Source of the DNA: Patescibacteria group bacterium
GTDB lineage: Bacteria; Patescibacteriota; UBA1384; XYA2-FULL-43-10; 1-14-0-10-43-13
NCBI GenBank assembly: GCA_041671645.1
Contig: JBAZBD010000001.1
Location: 265,357 to 329,356 of the forward strand
Direction of reading: 5' to 3'
Length of the DNA stretch: 64,000 nucleotides
Below the pieces are notes generated by a model that searched no databases, had not been told where the DNA came from, and saw nothing but the letters and a program-made list of their open reading frames with translations. Within the stretch, counting starts at the first letter, position 1. Every line of letters begins with the position of its first letter. This document shows, in pieces, positions 36,166-46,559 of the stretch. The position numbers and the translations under genes were made by a program.

Positions 36166-37422
36166 ATGCTGGATATTAAGTTAATTCGCGAAAACCCAGA
36201 AGAAATTAAGAAAGCTATTGCTCGCAAAGGATCGGAGCCAGCTCTAATTGACGATGCACTCGATCTGGACAAACGTCGCCGAGATTTGACGGTCAAAATC
36301 GAAGATCTCCAAAGCAAATTGAATAAACTTTCCAAGGACGTAGTTTCACTTCACGGCCAGCAGAAGATCGATATTATCAACGAGGCCAGCACGGTCTCAG
36401 AGAAGATCAAACAATTGAAGCCGGAACTGGATAAGACCAATATCGAATATCGAAATATCATGATGGAGCTTCCCAACCCGCCTGCTAAAGAGGTGATTGA
36501 TGGAGAGTCCGACAAGGATAATACTGTCAACCGCAAATGGGGAGAGCCAACCAAGTTCGATTACAAAGTCCAAGATAATGTTGAAATCGGTTTGAACCTT
36601 GATCTTATAGATACCGAAAGAGCTGGCAAAGTGGCAGGCTCTAGGTTCTATTATCTGAAGCGCGAAATGGTCGTCTTGGAGATGGCGTTGTTCCATTATG
36701 CTCTCGATACATTGATGGCCGAGGGATTCATCCCGATGATACCTCCCGTCATGCTCAACAAGGCCTCAATGGAGGGCGCTGGATACTTGCCGCAGGGCGC
36801 GGACGAGATCTACAAAACACAAGATGACTTGTATCTGGTTGGCACAGCTGAGCAGCCGCTGGCGGCCTATCACTCAAACGAAGTCTTGGCCGAGAAGGAA
36901 TTGCCGCTTCGATACGCGGGCATCTCTACTTGTTTTCGTCGTGAAGCGGGAAGCCATGGCAAGGATGTTCGTGGGATTCTGCGAGGTCACCAATTCAACA
37001 AAATTGAGATGTTTTCCTTCACCAAGCCAGAGGATTCTGCCAAGGAGCATGATTTTCTAGTATCACTAGAAGAAAAAATAATGCAGGGGCTAGAACTTCC
37101 ATATCAAGTGGTCAATATTTGTGCCGGCGACCTGGGCGCTCCAGCGTCGAAGAAATTTGATCTTGAAGTTTGGATGCCAGGGGAGGAGGCCTATCGTGAG
37201 ACGCACTCTTGTTCCAATTGCACCGATTTCCAAGCTCGACGTTTGAATATCCGTTACAAGACCAAGGCGGGCAAGACTGAATTCGTTCACACTTTGAACG
37301 GTACTGCCTTTTCTGAGAGACCATTGATCGCAATTCTGGAAAATTATCAAGAGAAGGACGGTTCGATTAGAGTTCCCAAGGTGCTCCAAAAATATTGTGG
37401 ATTTGATGTAATTAAAAGATAG
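36166..37422 (+). CDS. serS: Seryl-tRNA synthetase
   Basis: MLDIKLIRENPEE..., a coiled-coil arm and a class II core (FRREAGSHGKD.RGI.R.HQF.K.E). RBS GGAG. Confidence 0.9.
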   Translation: MLDIKLIRENPEEIKKAIARKGSEPALIDDALDLDKRRRDLTVKIEDLQSKLNKLSKDVVSLHGQQKIDIINEASTVSEKIKQLKPELDKTNIEYRNIMMELPNPPAKEVIDGESDKDNTVNRKWGEPTKFDYKVQDNVEIGLNLDLIDTERAGKVAGSRFYYLKREMVVLEMALFHYALDTLMAEGFIPMIPPVMLNKASMEGAGYLPQGADEIYKTQDDLYLVGTAEQPLAAYHSNEVLAEKELPLRYAGISTCFRREAGSHGKDVRGILRGHQFNKIEMFSFTKPEDSAKEHDFLVSLEEKIMQGLELPYQVVNICAGDLGAPASKKFDLEVWMPGEEAYRETHSCSNCTDFQARRLNIRYKTKAGKTEFVHTLNGTAFSERPLIAILENYQEKDGSIRVPKVLQKYCGFDVIKR

Positions 37423-37432
37423 GAGGAGGCTT

Positions 37433-37798
37433 ATGAAGGTTGAGTTTCACATCAAGGAGATCGTAATCACGGCCAAACAAAAGTCGTTGATCGAAAAGAA
37501 AATTTTAAAGTTGAAGAGATATATTAAGGACGAGCCACTCGTCGTCGACGTTTATCTGCGAGACGAGACTAGCGCCGAAAAGGGTGGAGTAGATCAGTCG
37601 GTTGAATTGTCAGCTACATTTGGGACTGAGAAAATGTTTGTCAAAGAGATCGATGATCGTCTGATGAGAGCATTTGCCTTTGCATACAAGAAGCTAGAGA
37701 GAAATTTACAAGAATTTCATCGCAAAAGAGTCGACTTCAGCCAGGGTAAAGAGGGCCGCATCAACAAGCTTCTCAAAAGGTTTGGACTAAGAAGATAA
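37433..37798 (+). CDS. hpf: Ribosome hibernation-promoting factor / RaiA family protein
   Basis: About 120 aa. MKVEFHIKEIVITAKQKSLIEKKILKLKRYIKD...VDVYL pattern and a basic C-terminus. RBS AGGAGG. Confidence 0.6.
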   Translation: MKVEFHIKEIVITAKQKSLIEKKILKLKRYIKDEPLVVDVYLRDETSAEKGGVDQSVELSATFGTEKMFVKEIDDRLMRAFAFAYKKLERNLQEFHRKRVDFSQGKEGRINKLLKRFGLRR

Positions 37799-37892
37799 AT
37801 TTGGACTCAGAGCAAAATTTCGCAGGTGGACACACTTGCGTTATTTTGTGTTTGTGGTATGGTTTACACGTTTTCGAACCTTGAAATTACAT

Positions 37893-37964
37893 CCTTTGGG
37901 CTTAATTGTTTATCTTTTCGTAGGTAATCAGCTAAGCCCAAAGGGCTACTTATCCTCATAGTGA
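37893..37964 (+). promoter_or_regulatory. Structured leader: 12-bp perfect hairpin with 28-nt loop, plus second small hairpin
   Basis: CCTTTGGGCTTA...TAAGCCCAAAGG (37893-37904 / 37933-37944), then CCTCA-TAG-TGAGG. Located in the roughly 210-nt leader of the next ORF. Confidence 0.4.
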
Positions 37965-39001
37965 GGAATAAGAGTGGTCGTGGCGGACGTAAAAACGCTA
38001 AAGGGAATGCCATGAAAAAAGAGGCATCTTTTAAACAAGGGAAGCACCTAATGGGATTGCTCCCTGAAGATGGAGACCAACTCCAGGCGCTCGCAGAAAA
38101 CTGGGATTTGGTCAATATGCTGATGAGTGTATCGGACCCTAAGCTGATTGATCGGAATGCGCTCCGCGCCTTTCTGACCAAATCCAAGCAAACTGTCAAT
38201 CCGCATGCTGATCAGATCGAAAAATCGACGTGGGATTATCCGTCGAACTTCGAGATGAAGGACTGGAAAACACAGTTCAATATCCTGAACGACATCTACC
38301 CCGGCTTCAACGCCGACGGATTGCAAGAGATGGCTGAAGGTTGGCTTGCCGACAAAGCGATTTGGGAAGAAACCTATGATTGCTGGATCCATGATGCCAA
38401 GAAGCCTCTCTACGATGGGCTGCTCGTTTTTCTACTTCCTGGTCGTGTTGCCAAAGCCAGGTTGAGCTCAGATCTGTGGTCTGATATCAAGAAAGGCCGC
38501 GAAGGTGAGGGCGTCTGGGGTCAACTCTGCGAAGAGATGCTTTTCCCACATTTCGCCGAAAATGATCGCTACAATGGTTTTGTAAATTGGCGCGAGGGCA
38601 AGATGGGTTCGGATCATTTCCATCCAACTGTTCCCGTTGCCATTTGGCTCGAACAACTGGAAGCTCAGGCCAAAGGAGACTTTGTCTGTCGTCCATACAG
38701 TTTTGGCCGAGCTACGGCAGGACACTCAGTCCAAAGCAGTCGCTGGCATATCGAGAATATTCACAATGGCATTTCTGGTCCGACTTGGATTAATGGCCAA
38801 GCGCTCCAGACTCATCCGGAACGTCTGCCTAATGCTAGCTGTCTCTGGATGAACAATGGCGGTGACCAATACCGTTTGGCGGACGGTCTCAGGTTCCTGG
38901 ACACTCCTTACTTCTGCCGCAGTGACGACGGGCTCGCCTTTGGCACGAGCGATATCTTTGTCACCCATGACAAGTATGGTTTTGGCTTCGTCCGCAGGTA
39001 G
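37961..39001 (+). CDS. Hypothetical protein (GC-rich, Trp-rich); alternative start 38011
   Basis: 346-aa ORF with no recognisable motif. The ATG at 38011 has an AAAGGG RBS. Confidence 0.45.
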   Translation: MRNKSGRGGRKNAKGNAMKKEASFKQGKHLMGLLPEDGDQLQALAENWDLVNMLMSVSDPKLIDRNALRAFLTKSKQTVNPHADQIEKSTWDYPSNFEMKDWKTQFNILNDIYPGFNADGLQEMAEGWLADKAIWEETYDCWIHDAKKPLYDGLLVFLLPGRVAKARLSSDLWSDIKKGREGEGVWGQLCEEMLFPHFAENDRYNGFVNWREGKMGSDHFHPTVPVAIWLEQLEAQAKGDFVCRPYSFGRATAGHSVQSSRWHIENIHNGISGPTWINGQALQTHPERLPNASCLWMNNGGDQYRLADGLRFLDTPYFCRSDDGLAFGTSDIFVTHDKYGFGFVRR

Positions 39002-39154
39002 TTCTCTCCCTGTAATATCTTTTCCGGGCCTCGTCATAGACGAGGCCTATTTTATTTTCATCTTCTTGGTTGAACTAAAATGAGCTTAATGATAGTATAA
39101 GACTGGTTCGCACTAGTAAATTTTCAGTTTTTAATTATCAATTTCAAAACATCC

Positions 39155-41887
39155 ATGAGTTTTCTCGACAAAATTTACAATCCAAGCAAGAAGGTCATAT
39201 CTCAACTCCAAAGGCAGGTTGATGAGATTAATGAACTCGAAAAAGTGATCTCGAAATTGACAGATGCGGAGTTGAAGGCAAAAACGGTCGATTTTCGCAA
39301 GAAAATCGAGGAACGTGGGGCAGAGAACGAGGAGCAAGTTATCGGAGAAACCACGGCCGAAGCCTTTGCCGTGCTCCGCGAAGCGATGAAGCGAGTTTGG
39401 GGGGAGCGCCACTTCGACGTTCAGTTGATTGGTGGACTTGTACTTCATCAGGGTAAAATTGCTGAGATGAAGACTGGCGAGGGCAAGACGATCGTGGCGA
39501 CTCTGCCATTATATTTAAATGCGTTGGCCGGTCGAGGTGCTCATTTGGTCACGGTCAATGATTATCTTTCCAAGCATCAGGGCGAGGGAATGGGCGAGGT
39601 TTTCGCTTTTCTTGGCCTCACGACTGGTATCATCCAGAGCAATCAGGAAACTTATCGATTTGCCAAGAAACAAGATTACAAGCACTATTCCGAGTGTGAA
39701 GGTCTCAATCTCGAGCCGTGTTCGAGGAAGGAAGCTTACGCTTGCGATATTACTTATGGCACGAACAATGAATTTGGTTTTGATTATCTTCGTGACAATA
39801 TGGCGCCCGATATCATGTCTTGCGCTCAGCGAGAATTGCACTTTGCGATCGTGGACGAGGTAGACTCGATTTTGATCGATGAGGCTCGTACTCCGCTCAT
39901 TATTTCGGCTCCAGCGGAGGAATCTGCCAGTTTATACCAACAATTTGCCTCTCTGGTCCCACGTCTCAAAGAGACAGAGGATTATATTATCGATGAAAAG
40001 GAGCGGACCGTCACTCTGACCGACAAGGGTATTGCCGAGATGGAGAAGATGCTTCATATCAAGAATATCTATGAGGCAGGCGGTATCACTCTGGTTCATC
40101 ATCTCGAGCAAGCCCTGAAGGCTTGGGCGCTGTTCAAGAAGGACAAAGATTACGTCGTTCGAGAGGGTGAAATTTTGATCGTTGACGAGTTTACCGGTCG
40201 TTTGATGGTCGGCCGACGCTATTCTGAGGGTTTGCATCAGGCGATTGAGGCCAAGGAAAATGTCGAAGTCAAAAGCGAATCTCAAACTTTGGCTACAATT
40301 TCTTTCCAAAACTTATTTCGAATTTATCACAAACTCTCTGGTATGACAGGAACGGCTGCGACTGAAGCTGAAGAGTTCTACAAAATATACAAATTGGACG
40401 TTGTCGAGATCCCGACCAACAAAAATGTGGTGAGGAAAGATTCGCCCGATCGGATTTACAAGAGTGAAGACGCCAAGATAGACGCAATCGTAGCCGAGGT
40501 GAAGGAGCGAAGCGCTATGGGCCAGCCAATCTTGATCGGTACTGTCTCGGTCCAGAAAAACGAGCTTATTTCGAGCAAATTGAAAAAAGCAGGGGTCAAG
40601 CACGAAGTTTTGAACGCTAAGCATCATGATCGTGAGGCCAAGATTATTGTTCGCGCAGGGCAAAAAGGGGCCGTTACCGTAGCCACCAATATGGCTGGCC
40701 GCGGTACTGATATTAAGCTTGGCGAGGGTGTTCGTGAAGTTGGTGGATTGCACGTCTTGGGTACGGAGAGACATGAAGCCAGAAGAATCGACAATCAGCT
40801 TCGTGGTCGCGCCGGTCGCCAGGGCGATCCTGGTTCTTCTCAATTTTTTGTCTCGATGGATGATGATTTGATGAGAATATTTGGTGGTGAGAAGCTCAAG
40901 TCCCTGATGAATTCTCTCGGTCTTCCTGATGATGTTCCTGTTGAGAACAAGATGATTTCTCGTTCGATCGAATCAGCACAACGCAGAGTTGAAGGATTCA
41001 ATTTCGACAGTCGCAAGCATTTGGTCGAATACGACGACGTGATGAACAAACATCGCGAGGTTATTTATCGAAAACGACGTAAGATTTTGGATACTTACGC
41101 TTCTGACCGCACTTCCACCATGCTGAAAGAGGAGATTCTGGAGATTATAAATTCTGAGATAGAGAGAATTTTCGCTCAATATTTTGAGGAAAAAGAATCA
41201 ATCGGCAACGAACTCAAGGCAATATTCGGAGACGTCAAATTGCCAGACCTTGAAGCCGATAAGATCAAAGAATTCGCCAAAAACTTATACGATGAACGTG
41301 AGAAGTCATACGGCCTCGAGGTGATGAGAGATATCGAGCGAGTGATCTCACTTCGGACCATCGATATGCTTTGGATTGAGCATTTGACCACCATGGACGA
41401 ATTGCGCACCGGCATCGGACTTCGCGGTTACGGCCAGCGTGATCCACTTGTTGAGTACAAACATGACGCTTACCAATTCTTCGATGGGCTACTATCAAAC
41501 ATCGATGGCTCCATAGCCAAGACAATATACAAGGTTGAGGTATCGAAGGCTCAAGAAAATCCAGCTCCGAAGCCAATGTCTTTCCAGGGACCTGACGAAT
41601 CTTCTATCGGAAGTTTTGAGGCCGAGGAAACCTCCGAAGCCAGAGCGAAAATTTTGGAGGCGGAGAGACAAGATAATGTTGTTGCTCAAAAGATGATGGC
41701 AGACCAGGCAAGCTGCTCTTCTAGCGTTGCGAGCGTAATGGGCAAAAGCAAATCAGTCTTCGATCGTATGAAAGAAAATTCGACCAACGGTCCTGCTTCA
41801 CAGGTAAGGACTGGAGCCAAAGTCGGTCGCAATGATCTTTGCCCATGTGGTAGCGGGAAAAAATACAAAAAGTGTTGCGGAAAATAA
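39155..41887 (+). CDS. secA: Preprotein translocase ATPase SecA
   Basis: DEAD-like motor (MKTGEGKT, DEVD), HSD/HWD domains and the C-terminal zinc finger CPCGSGKKYKKCCG. Confidence 0.95.
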   Translation: MSFLDKIYNPSKKVISQLQRQVDEINELEKVISKLTDAELKAKTVDFRKKIEERGAENEEQVIGETTAEAFAVLREAMKRVWGERHFDVQLIGGLVLHQGKIAEMKTGEGKTIVATLPLYLNALAGRGAHLVTVNDYLSKHQGEGMGEVFAFLGLTTGIIQSNQETYRFAKKQDYKHYSECEGLNLEPCSRKEAYACDITYGTNNEFGFDYLRDNMAPDIMSCAQRELHFAIVDEVDSILIDEARTPLIISAPAEESASLYQQFASLVPRLKETEDYIIDEKERTVTLTDKGIAEMEKMLHIKNIYEAGGITLVHHLEQALKAWALFKKDKDYVVREGEILIVDEFTGRLMVGRRYSEGLHQAIEAKENVEVKSESQTLATISFQNLFRIYHKLSGMTGTAATEAEEFYKIYKLDVVEIPTNKNVVRKDSPDRIYKSEDAKIDAIVAEVKERSAMGQPILIGTVSVQKNELISSKLKKAGVKHEVLNAKHHDREAKIIVRAGQKGAVTVATNMAGRGTDIKLGEGVREVGGLHVLGTERHEARRIDNQLRGRAGRQGDPGSSQFFVSMDDDLMRIFGGEKLKSLMNSLGLPDDVPVENKMISRSIESAQRRVEGFNFDSRKHLVEYDDVMNKHREVIYRKRRKILDTYASDRTSTMLKEEILEIINSEIERIFAQYFEEKESIGNELKAIFGDVKLPDLEADKIKEFAKNLYDEREKSYGLEVMRDIERVISLRTIDMLWIEHLTTMDELRTGIGLRGYGQRDPLVEYKHDAYQFFDGLLSNIDGSIAKTIYKVEVSKAQENPAPKPMSFQGPDESSIGSFEAEETSEARAKILEAERQDNVVAQKMMADQASCSSSVASVMGKSKSVFDRMKENSTNGPASQVRTGAKVGRNDLCPCGSGKKYKKCCGK

Positions 41888-41957
41888 TTTGTTCTCTTCC
41901 GACATATAGCTCTGACTGCTATAATGGGAGTAACTAAAAGTGCGTTGGAGGGGACGG

Positions 41958-43526
41958 ATGTCGCAAAATAAAGTGCTTCTTATGATATTGGACGGTTGGG
42001 GACTTTCACCTGAGAAAAAGGGAAATGCCCCTCTTTTGGCGAAGACCCCGACTCTAGATTATGTCTATTCTAGTTATCCCAAGACATCGTTGACCGCTTC
42101 TGGTATGGAAGTTGGCTTGAGCCCAGGAGAGCCAGGAAACTCTGAAGTCGGTCATGCCAATATTGGCTTGGGCCGAGTTGTCTGGGAAAATTTGCCCCGA
42201 ATCGATCAGGATATCGCTCAGGGACGCTTTTTCGAAAACAAGATTCTCAATGATCTCTATGATAATGTGATCAAGAATAATTCAACTTTGCACCTAATCG
42301 GGCTTGTCTCTGACGGCGGAGTGCATTCCCATATTCGTCATCTTATAAGCCTGCTCGAGCTTGCGGCCAAGAAAAAGATCAAGAATGTTTGTGTCCACAT
42401 GATCAGTGATGGCCGAGATACAGCGCCGAAGAATGCGCTTGAATATGTCAAACAACTGGACGCTGCCTTCGAATATTTCAAGATTGGCAAGATCGCCACT
42501 ATCATCGGACGATACTCTGCCATGGACCGTGACAAAAACTGGAATAGACAGATCAAGGCTTTCGATCTCTTTGTTGATAATATTGGCGATGCTTATGCCA
42601 CAGCGGAAGAAGCGATCAACGCAAATTACAAAAATGGCAAAAGCGATGAGTTCCTCGAGGCCTGTGTGATCGGTGAGGGTGGGAAGATTGGCCCCAAGGA
42701 TAGCGTTGTCCTTTTCAACCATAGAAGCGATCGGATGAGGCAAACCTTGGAGCTTTTCACCGGGGTCAAAAAGACCAAGAATTTGCCCAGGGGGGTCAAA
42801 ATTGTCTCAATGACGGAGTATGACAAGACGCAGAAAGCACCTCCAATATTTCCGCCGATAAATCTCGAAAATACTCTTTCGGATCTGATTTCGAAGAAGG
42901 GCATGACTCAGCTTCATACCGCCGAGACAGAGAAATTTGCCCATGTTACATATTTTTTCAAAGCGGGAAATGAGAAGGTTCTCCGGGGCGAAAAAGACGA
43001 AATTGTGCCCTCTAAGAAAGTTTCTTCCTATGATAAATTACCGGTAATGTCGGTGGCAGAAGTGACCAAGAAGGTAGAGACAGGGCTCGACAAGGAGTTT
43101 AATTTTATCGTTGTCAATTATGCCAACGGCGATATGGTCGGCCATACCGGGGTGTTGGAGGCGGCCGTCAAGGCTTGCGAGGCAGTCGACGCCGTTTTGC
43201 TCGAAGTTTTGGCCAAGGCGTCAGAAAAAGGCTACAAAGTCTTCATCACTGCTGATCATGGAAATTGCGAGAAAATGATTAGCGAGAAGGGCGAACCGGA
43301 CAAAGAACACACGATCAATCCAGTCCCATTTGTCTTCCTTGATTTCTCGAAGAAACCCTTTGTCTTCGATCCGAGTGTTAAATATAGCGAAGAAGATTAT
43401 CTCCAATACGCCTCATCGACCCCGATTGGTGTTCTGGCTGATATTGCTCCCTCCATCCTTGCAAATCTGAAAATTGGGCAAGCCAAGGAAATGTCGGGGA
43501 TGGATTTAAGCATCGCCATGATATAG
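41958..43526 (+). CDS. gpmI: 2,3-bisphosphoglycerate-independent phosphoglycerate mutase
   Basis: LLMILDGWGLS, Ser-phosphoryl region GNSEVGHANIG and the C-terminal metal site ADHGN. Confidence 0.9.
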   Translation: MSQNKVLLMILDGWGLSPEKKGNAPLLAKTPTLDYVYSSYPKTSLTASGMEVGLSPGEPGNSEVGHANIGLGRVVWENLPRIDQDIAQGRFFENKILNDLYDNVIKNNSTLHLIGLVSDGGVHSHIRHLISLLELAAKKKIKNVCVHMISDGRDTAPKNALEYVKQLDAAFEYFKIGKIATIIGRYSAMDRDKNWNRQIKAFDLFVDNIGDAYATAEEAINANYKNGKSDEFLEACVIGEGGKIGPKDSVVLFNHRSDRMRQTLELFTGVKKTKNLPRGVKIVSMTEYDKTQKAPPIFPPINLENTLSDLISKKGMTQLHTAETEKFAHVTYFFKAGNEKVLRGEKDEIVPSKKVSSYDKLPVMSVAEVTKKVETGLDKEFNFIVVNYANGDMVGHTGVLEAAVKACEAVDAVLLEVLAKASEKGYKVFITADHGNCEKMISEKGEPDKEHTINPVPFVFLDFSKKPFVFDPSVKYSEEDYLQYASSTPIGVLADIAPSILANLKIGQAKEMSGMDLSIAMI

Positions 43527-43565
43527 AATATAGAAGTAAGTTCATTTATTATTTTAGGGAACTTA

Positions 43566-44393
43566 ATGATTTCTGATCTCATAAAAACAAAAACCAAAGA
43601 CCTGCCCGCAGATGCTAAAGCACAGCTTTTGCAGGCGGGTGAACCCCCAGAATCGAAAGAAGAAGCCAAGAAAGAGGCCAAGGCCACATCAGATGACCAT
43701 GGTGGTGATATTGTTATTGAATTTGACGAAGTATCAAAGGTTTATCCGGGCAAAGTCGAGGCCTTGATCGATGTTAGTTTCAATGTCAAAATCGGTGAAT
43801 TTATTTCTCTCGTAGGTCCATCTGGCGCTGGCAAATCGACCATCATCAAGTTGCTCACTCGCGAAGAGGAGCCTACATCAGGCAAAATCTTGGTCGCTGG
43901 CCGTGACATATCGAAGCTCTCTAAGAAGGAATTACCATTTTTCCGACGCAAAGTCGGCGTTATTTTTCAGGACTTCAAACTGCTTCCAAAGAAGAGAGTA
44001 TACGAAAACATCGCTTATGCTCTTGAGGTTTGTGACGCGACCAACGAAGAAATTGAGGATAAGGTGCCCAAGATTATTGAGCTGGTCGGCCTGACTCAGC
44101 GCGCTTTTGCCTTTTCGGAGGAGCTTTCTGGCGGAGAGAAACAGAGAGTTTCGATCGCTCGGGCCTTGGTCCACAATCCGAAACTTTTGATTGCCGATGA
44201 ACCTACTGGAAATCTGGATCCAGTTTCGACATGGGAAATTATCGAATTGCTTTTCAAGATCAACAAGCAGGGGACGATCGTTCTGCTAGCAACACATGAC
44301 AAGGAAGTTGTCGATTCGCTAGAGAAGCGGGTGATTTCGATCAGAGACGGCAAGATTTTCTCAGATCAGGAGAAAGGAAAGTACAACTTATAA
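43566..44393 (+). CDS. ftsE: Cell-division ABC ATPase FtsE (with ~50-aa acidic/Lys-rich N-terminal extension)
   Basis: Walker A GPSGAGKST, signature LSGGEKQRVSIARAL and Walker B LLIADEPTGNLD. Followed by ftsX. Confidence 0.8.
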   Translation: MISDLIKTKTKDLPADAKAQLLQAGEPPESKEEAKKEAKATSDDHGGDIVIEFDEVSKVYPGKVEALIDVSFNVKIGEFISLVGPSGAGKSTIIKLLTREEEPTSGKILVAGRDISKLSKKELPFFRRKVGVIFQDFKLLPKKRVYENIAYALEVCDATNEEIEDKVPKIIELVGLTQRAFAFSEELSGGEKQRVSIARALVHNPKLLIADEPTGNLDPVSTWEIIELLFKINKQGTIVLLATHDKEVVDSLEKRVISIRDGKIFSDQEKGKYNL

Positions 44394-44394
44394 T

Positions 44395-45306
44395 ATGATG
44401 TATTTTACTTCAATTTATCGGATCCTTCGAACCTCGGCAGTTTCGCTTTGGCGAAACCGTTGGCTTTCGCTTGGGGCAGTCCTAATCATGGTGATGACGC
44501 TATTTTCGATCTCGTTTTTCACTACCCTTCTTGTTGTGAGCGGCAAGATGACAGTATTGCTTCGAGAAAAGGTAGATATCGCTGTTTATTTCAATGATGA
44601 CGCCTCCAAGGACCAGGTTTATTCAATCCAAAACACTTTGCTCGGCCGTGATGACATCAAATCAGTTGACTATATTTCCAAGGAAAAGGCCCTGGAGAGA
44701 TGGCAGGAGCGCAATAAGAGCAACGAAAATGTGAAAAATATTATTACCGCTGATTATAATCCCTTGCCACGAAGTTTGGAGATCAAAACAGACAAAACAG
44801 AGGATCTGGAGAAAGTTTATGATTTTGTAAATTCTGCTGAGTTTAAGCCTCTGATCAAGGAGATCAGCTACCAGAAAAACAAGGTTTTGATCAACAGATT
44901 GATCAAGGCGACCACCTTTATCAAATATATCGGTTGGGCCGAATCAAGCATATTCATCCTGATTTCGATCCTAATTATTTATAATACAATTCGGTTGACG
45001 ATCTACGCTCGGTCGCAGGAAATTGAGATTATGAAATTGGTTGGCGCCTCTGATTGGTATGTCCAGGGTCCTTTCATCGTCGAGGGCATCGCCTATGGTC
45101 TGGTCGCTTCAATAATCTCCACTTTGATCCTCTGGGTTATTTACCATTTTTCCCTTCCTTCAGTCGAGGGATATCTCGGCGTTACCTTGGCCAGCTCGAT
45201 CTACAGCGGAGTCAACATCGGTATGATTTTCCTATTCCAAATTATTATCGGTCTAGCTTTGGGCACGGGTTGCTCCATGCTGGCGGTCAAAAAATACCTT
45301 AAATGA
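44395..45306 (+). CDS. ftsX: Cell-division permease FtsX
   Basis: One TM, a periplasmic loop domain and three C-terminal TM helices. Coupled to ftsE (1-nt gap). Confidence 0.75.
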   Translation: MMYFTSIYRILRTSAVSLWRNRWLSLGAVLIMVMTLFSISFFTTLLVVSGKMTVLLREKVDIAVYFNDDASKDQVYSIQNTLLGRDDIKSVDYISKEKALERWQERNKSNENVKNIITADYNPLPRSLEIKTDKTEDLEKVYDFVNSAEFKPLIKEISYQKNKVLINRLIKATTFIKYIGWAESSIFILISILIIYNTIRLTIYARSQEIEIMKLVGASDWYVQGPFIVEGIAYGLVASIISTLILWVIYHFSLPSVEGYLGVTLASSIYSGVNIGMIFLFQIIIGLALGTGCSMLAVKKYLK

Positions 45307-46535
45307 AAAGAAAAACGATATTAAAATTTGCCGGAAGATTGCTAGCTATCATCTTGGTGGCTAATTTTTTGCTTCCGGTGCCGATTACGAAGGCTGACAG
45401 TTTGACTGACTTGCAAAGTCAATTGAACAAGCTCATGCAACAGAAGAAGCAGAACACGGCTGCCATTGCTCAGAAGCAGCAGGACATCAACACGCTTAAA
45501 CAACAAATTCAAACAGTTGACGGCCAGATCTCTAGCACGACCAGAGCGATCGGGACTACGGCCGAGCAGATTGATTCGACTTCTACTACAATCGCTGATC
45601 TCAAGGCTCAGATCGAACAAGAGGAAGCTAGCCTGAATAAAGAGCAGGACAATTTAAGCAGCGTCCTTTCCTCTTGGTATATGGAGGGCGATAGCAGTCT
45701 TCTCGAAGCTATCTTCATGTCAGACAATTTATCCGAAATGTTTAATCGTTCTGAATACTACGAATCTGTCCGTCAGCAAGTCGAAGTTGCCATAGAGCGT
45801 ATCGACAAGGCGAAAGATGAGCTGAATCTCCAAAAAGGCGATCAGGAGAGGAAACTGGCTGAGCTTTCTGATCTGAAAAATTCGCAGGAGAGCCAGAAAA
45901 ATTATCTAGAAAATCGCAAGGACCTGAAGAGCTCTCTACTCAATAATACAACCTCGGCGGTTTCAAGTCTGCAAACCGAACAAAAGAATACCGACTCCTT
46001 GATTGCCGACATCCAGGGTAGAATCGATAAGATTAGGGCTGCTTCCGTAGGAGCGGGCGGAGATTTGGTCTCAGCGGTTGATTCGAGTTGGTATTTCCAG
46101 CAAGACGATTCAAGATGGAAAAATGATAAAATCGGTGCATATGCCACGATTGGTGAAGTCGGTTGTTTGCTTACTTCGCTCACCATGATCGCCAAATATT
46201 ATGGCAAAAATTATGACCCGCCTAGCGCCGCTGACGCTTCAGCCTTTGTCCGTGGCGGACGATACGATGGTTCCCTGATTAGTACACCAATCGTTTCGGA
46301 TGGCCATTCTCAGACTATCGACTGGGCAGTGGTGGACAACGAGCTTGCCAACAATCGTCCAGTTGTCGTTGGTGTAGCCCTTGGCGTCGATATGGGAAAT
46401 TCCTATGGCGTTTCTCACTTTGTTGTAGTAAAATCAAAAATTGGTACTGGCAAATACGCAATTCATGATCCGTTGGGTCCTGGACGGGGTTATATGAAAT
46501 CTCAGGTCAAGGCGATGCGTATTATACGGCCATAG
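45303..46535 (+). CDS. PcsB/EnvC-like FtsEX-coupled hydrolase: signal anchor, long coiled-coil, C-terminal papain-like Cys-peptidase (CHAP/C39-like) domain
   Basis: About 200 aa of heptad-rich Q/K/E sequence, then a C-terminal domain with the putative nucleophile GEVGCLLTSL and the His VSHFVVV. Overlaps the ftsX stop. Confidence 0.55.
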   Translation: MKRKTILKFAGRLLAIILVANFLLPVPITKADSLTDLQSQLNKLMQQKKQNTAAIAQKQQDINTLKQQIQTVDGQISSTTRAIGTTAEQIDSTSTTIADLKAQIEQEEASLNKEQDNLSSVLSSWYMEGDSSLLEAIFMSDNLSEMFNRSEYYESVRQQVEVAIERIDKAKDELNLQKGDQERKLAELSDLKNSQESQKNYLENRKDLKSSLLNNTTSAVSSLQTEQKNTDSLIADIQGRIDKIRAASVGAGGDLVSAVDSSWYFQQDDSRWKNDKIGAYATIGEVGCLLTSLTMIAKYYGKNYDPPSAADASAFVRGGRYDGSLISTPIVSDGHSQTIDWAVVDNELANNRPVVVGVALGVDMGNSYGVSHFVVVKSKIGTGKYAIHDPLGPGRGYMKSQVKAMRIIRP

Positions 46536-46559
46536 CAAATACTATAGAAAACAGAAAAA

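Noticed and set aside
40313-41868. Multiple minus-strand ORFs (176, 103, 79 aa, etc.) within secA
   Set aside because: They are antisense to a 910-aa gene with an unambiguous SecA signature, so they are spurious.
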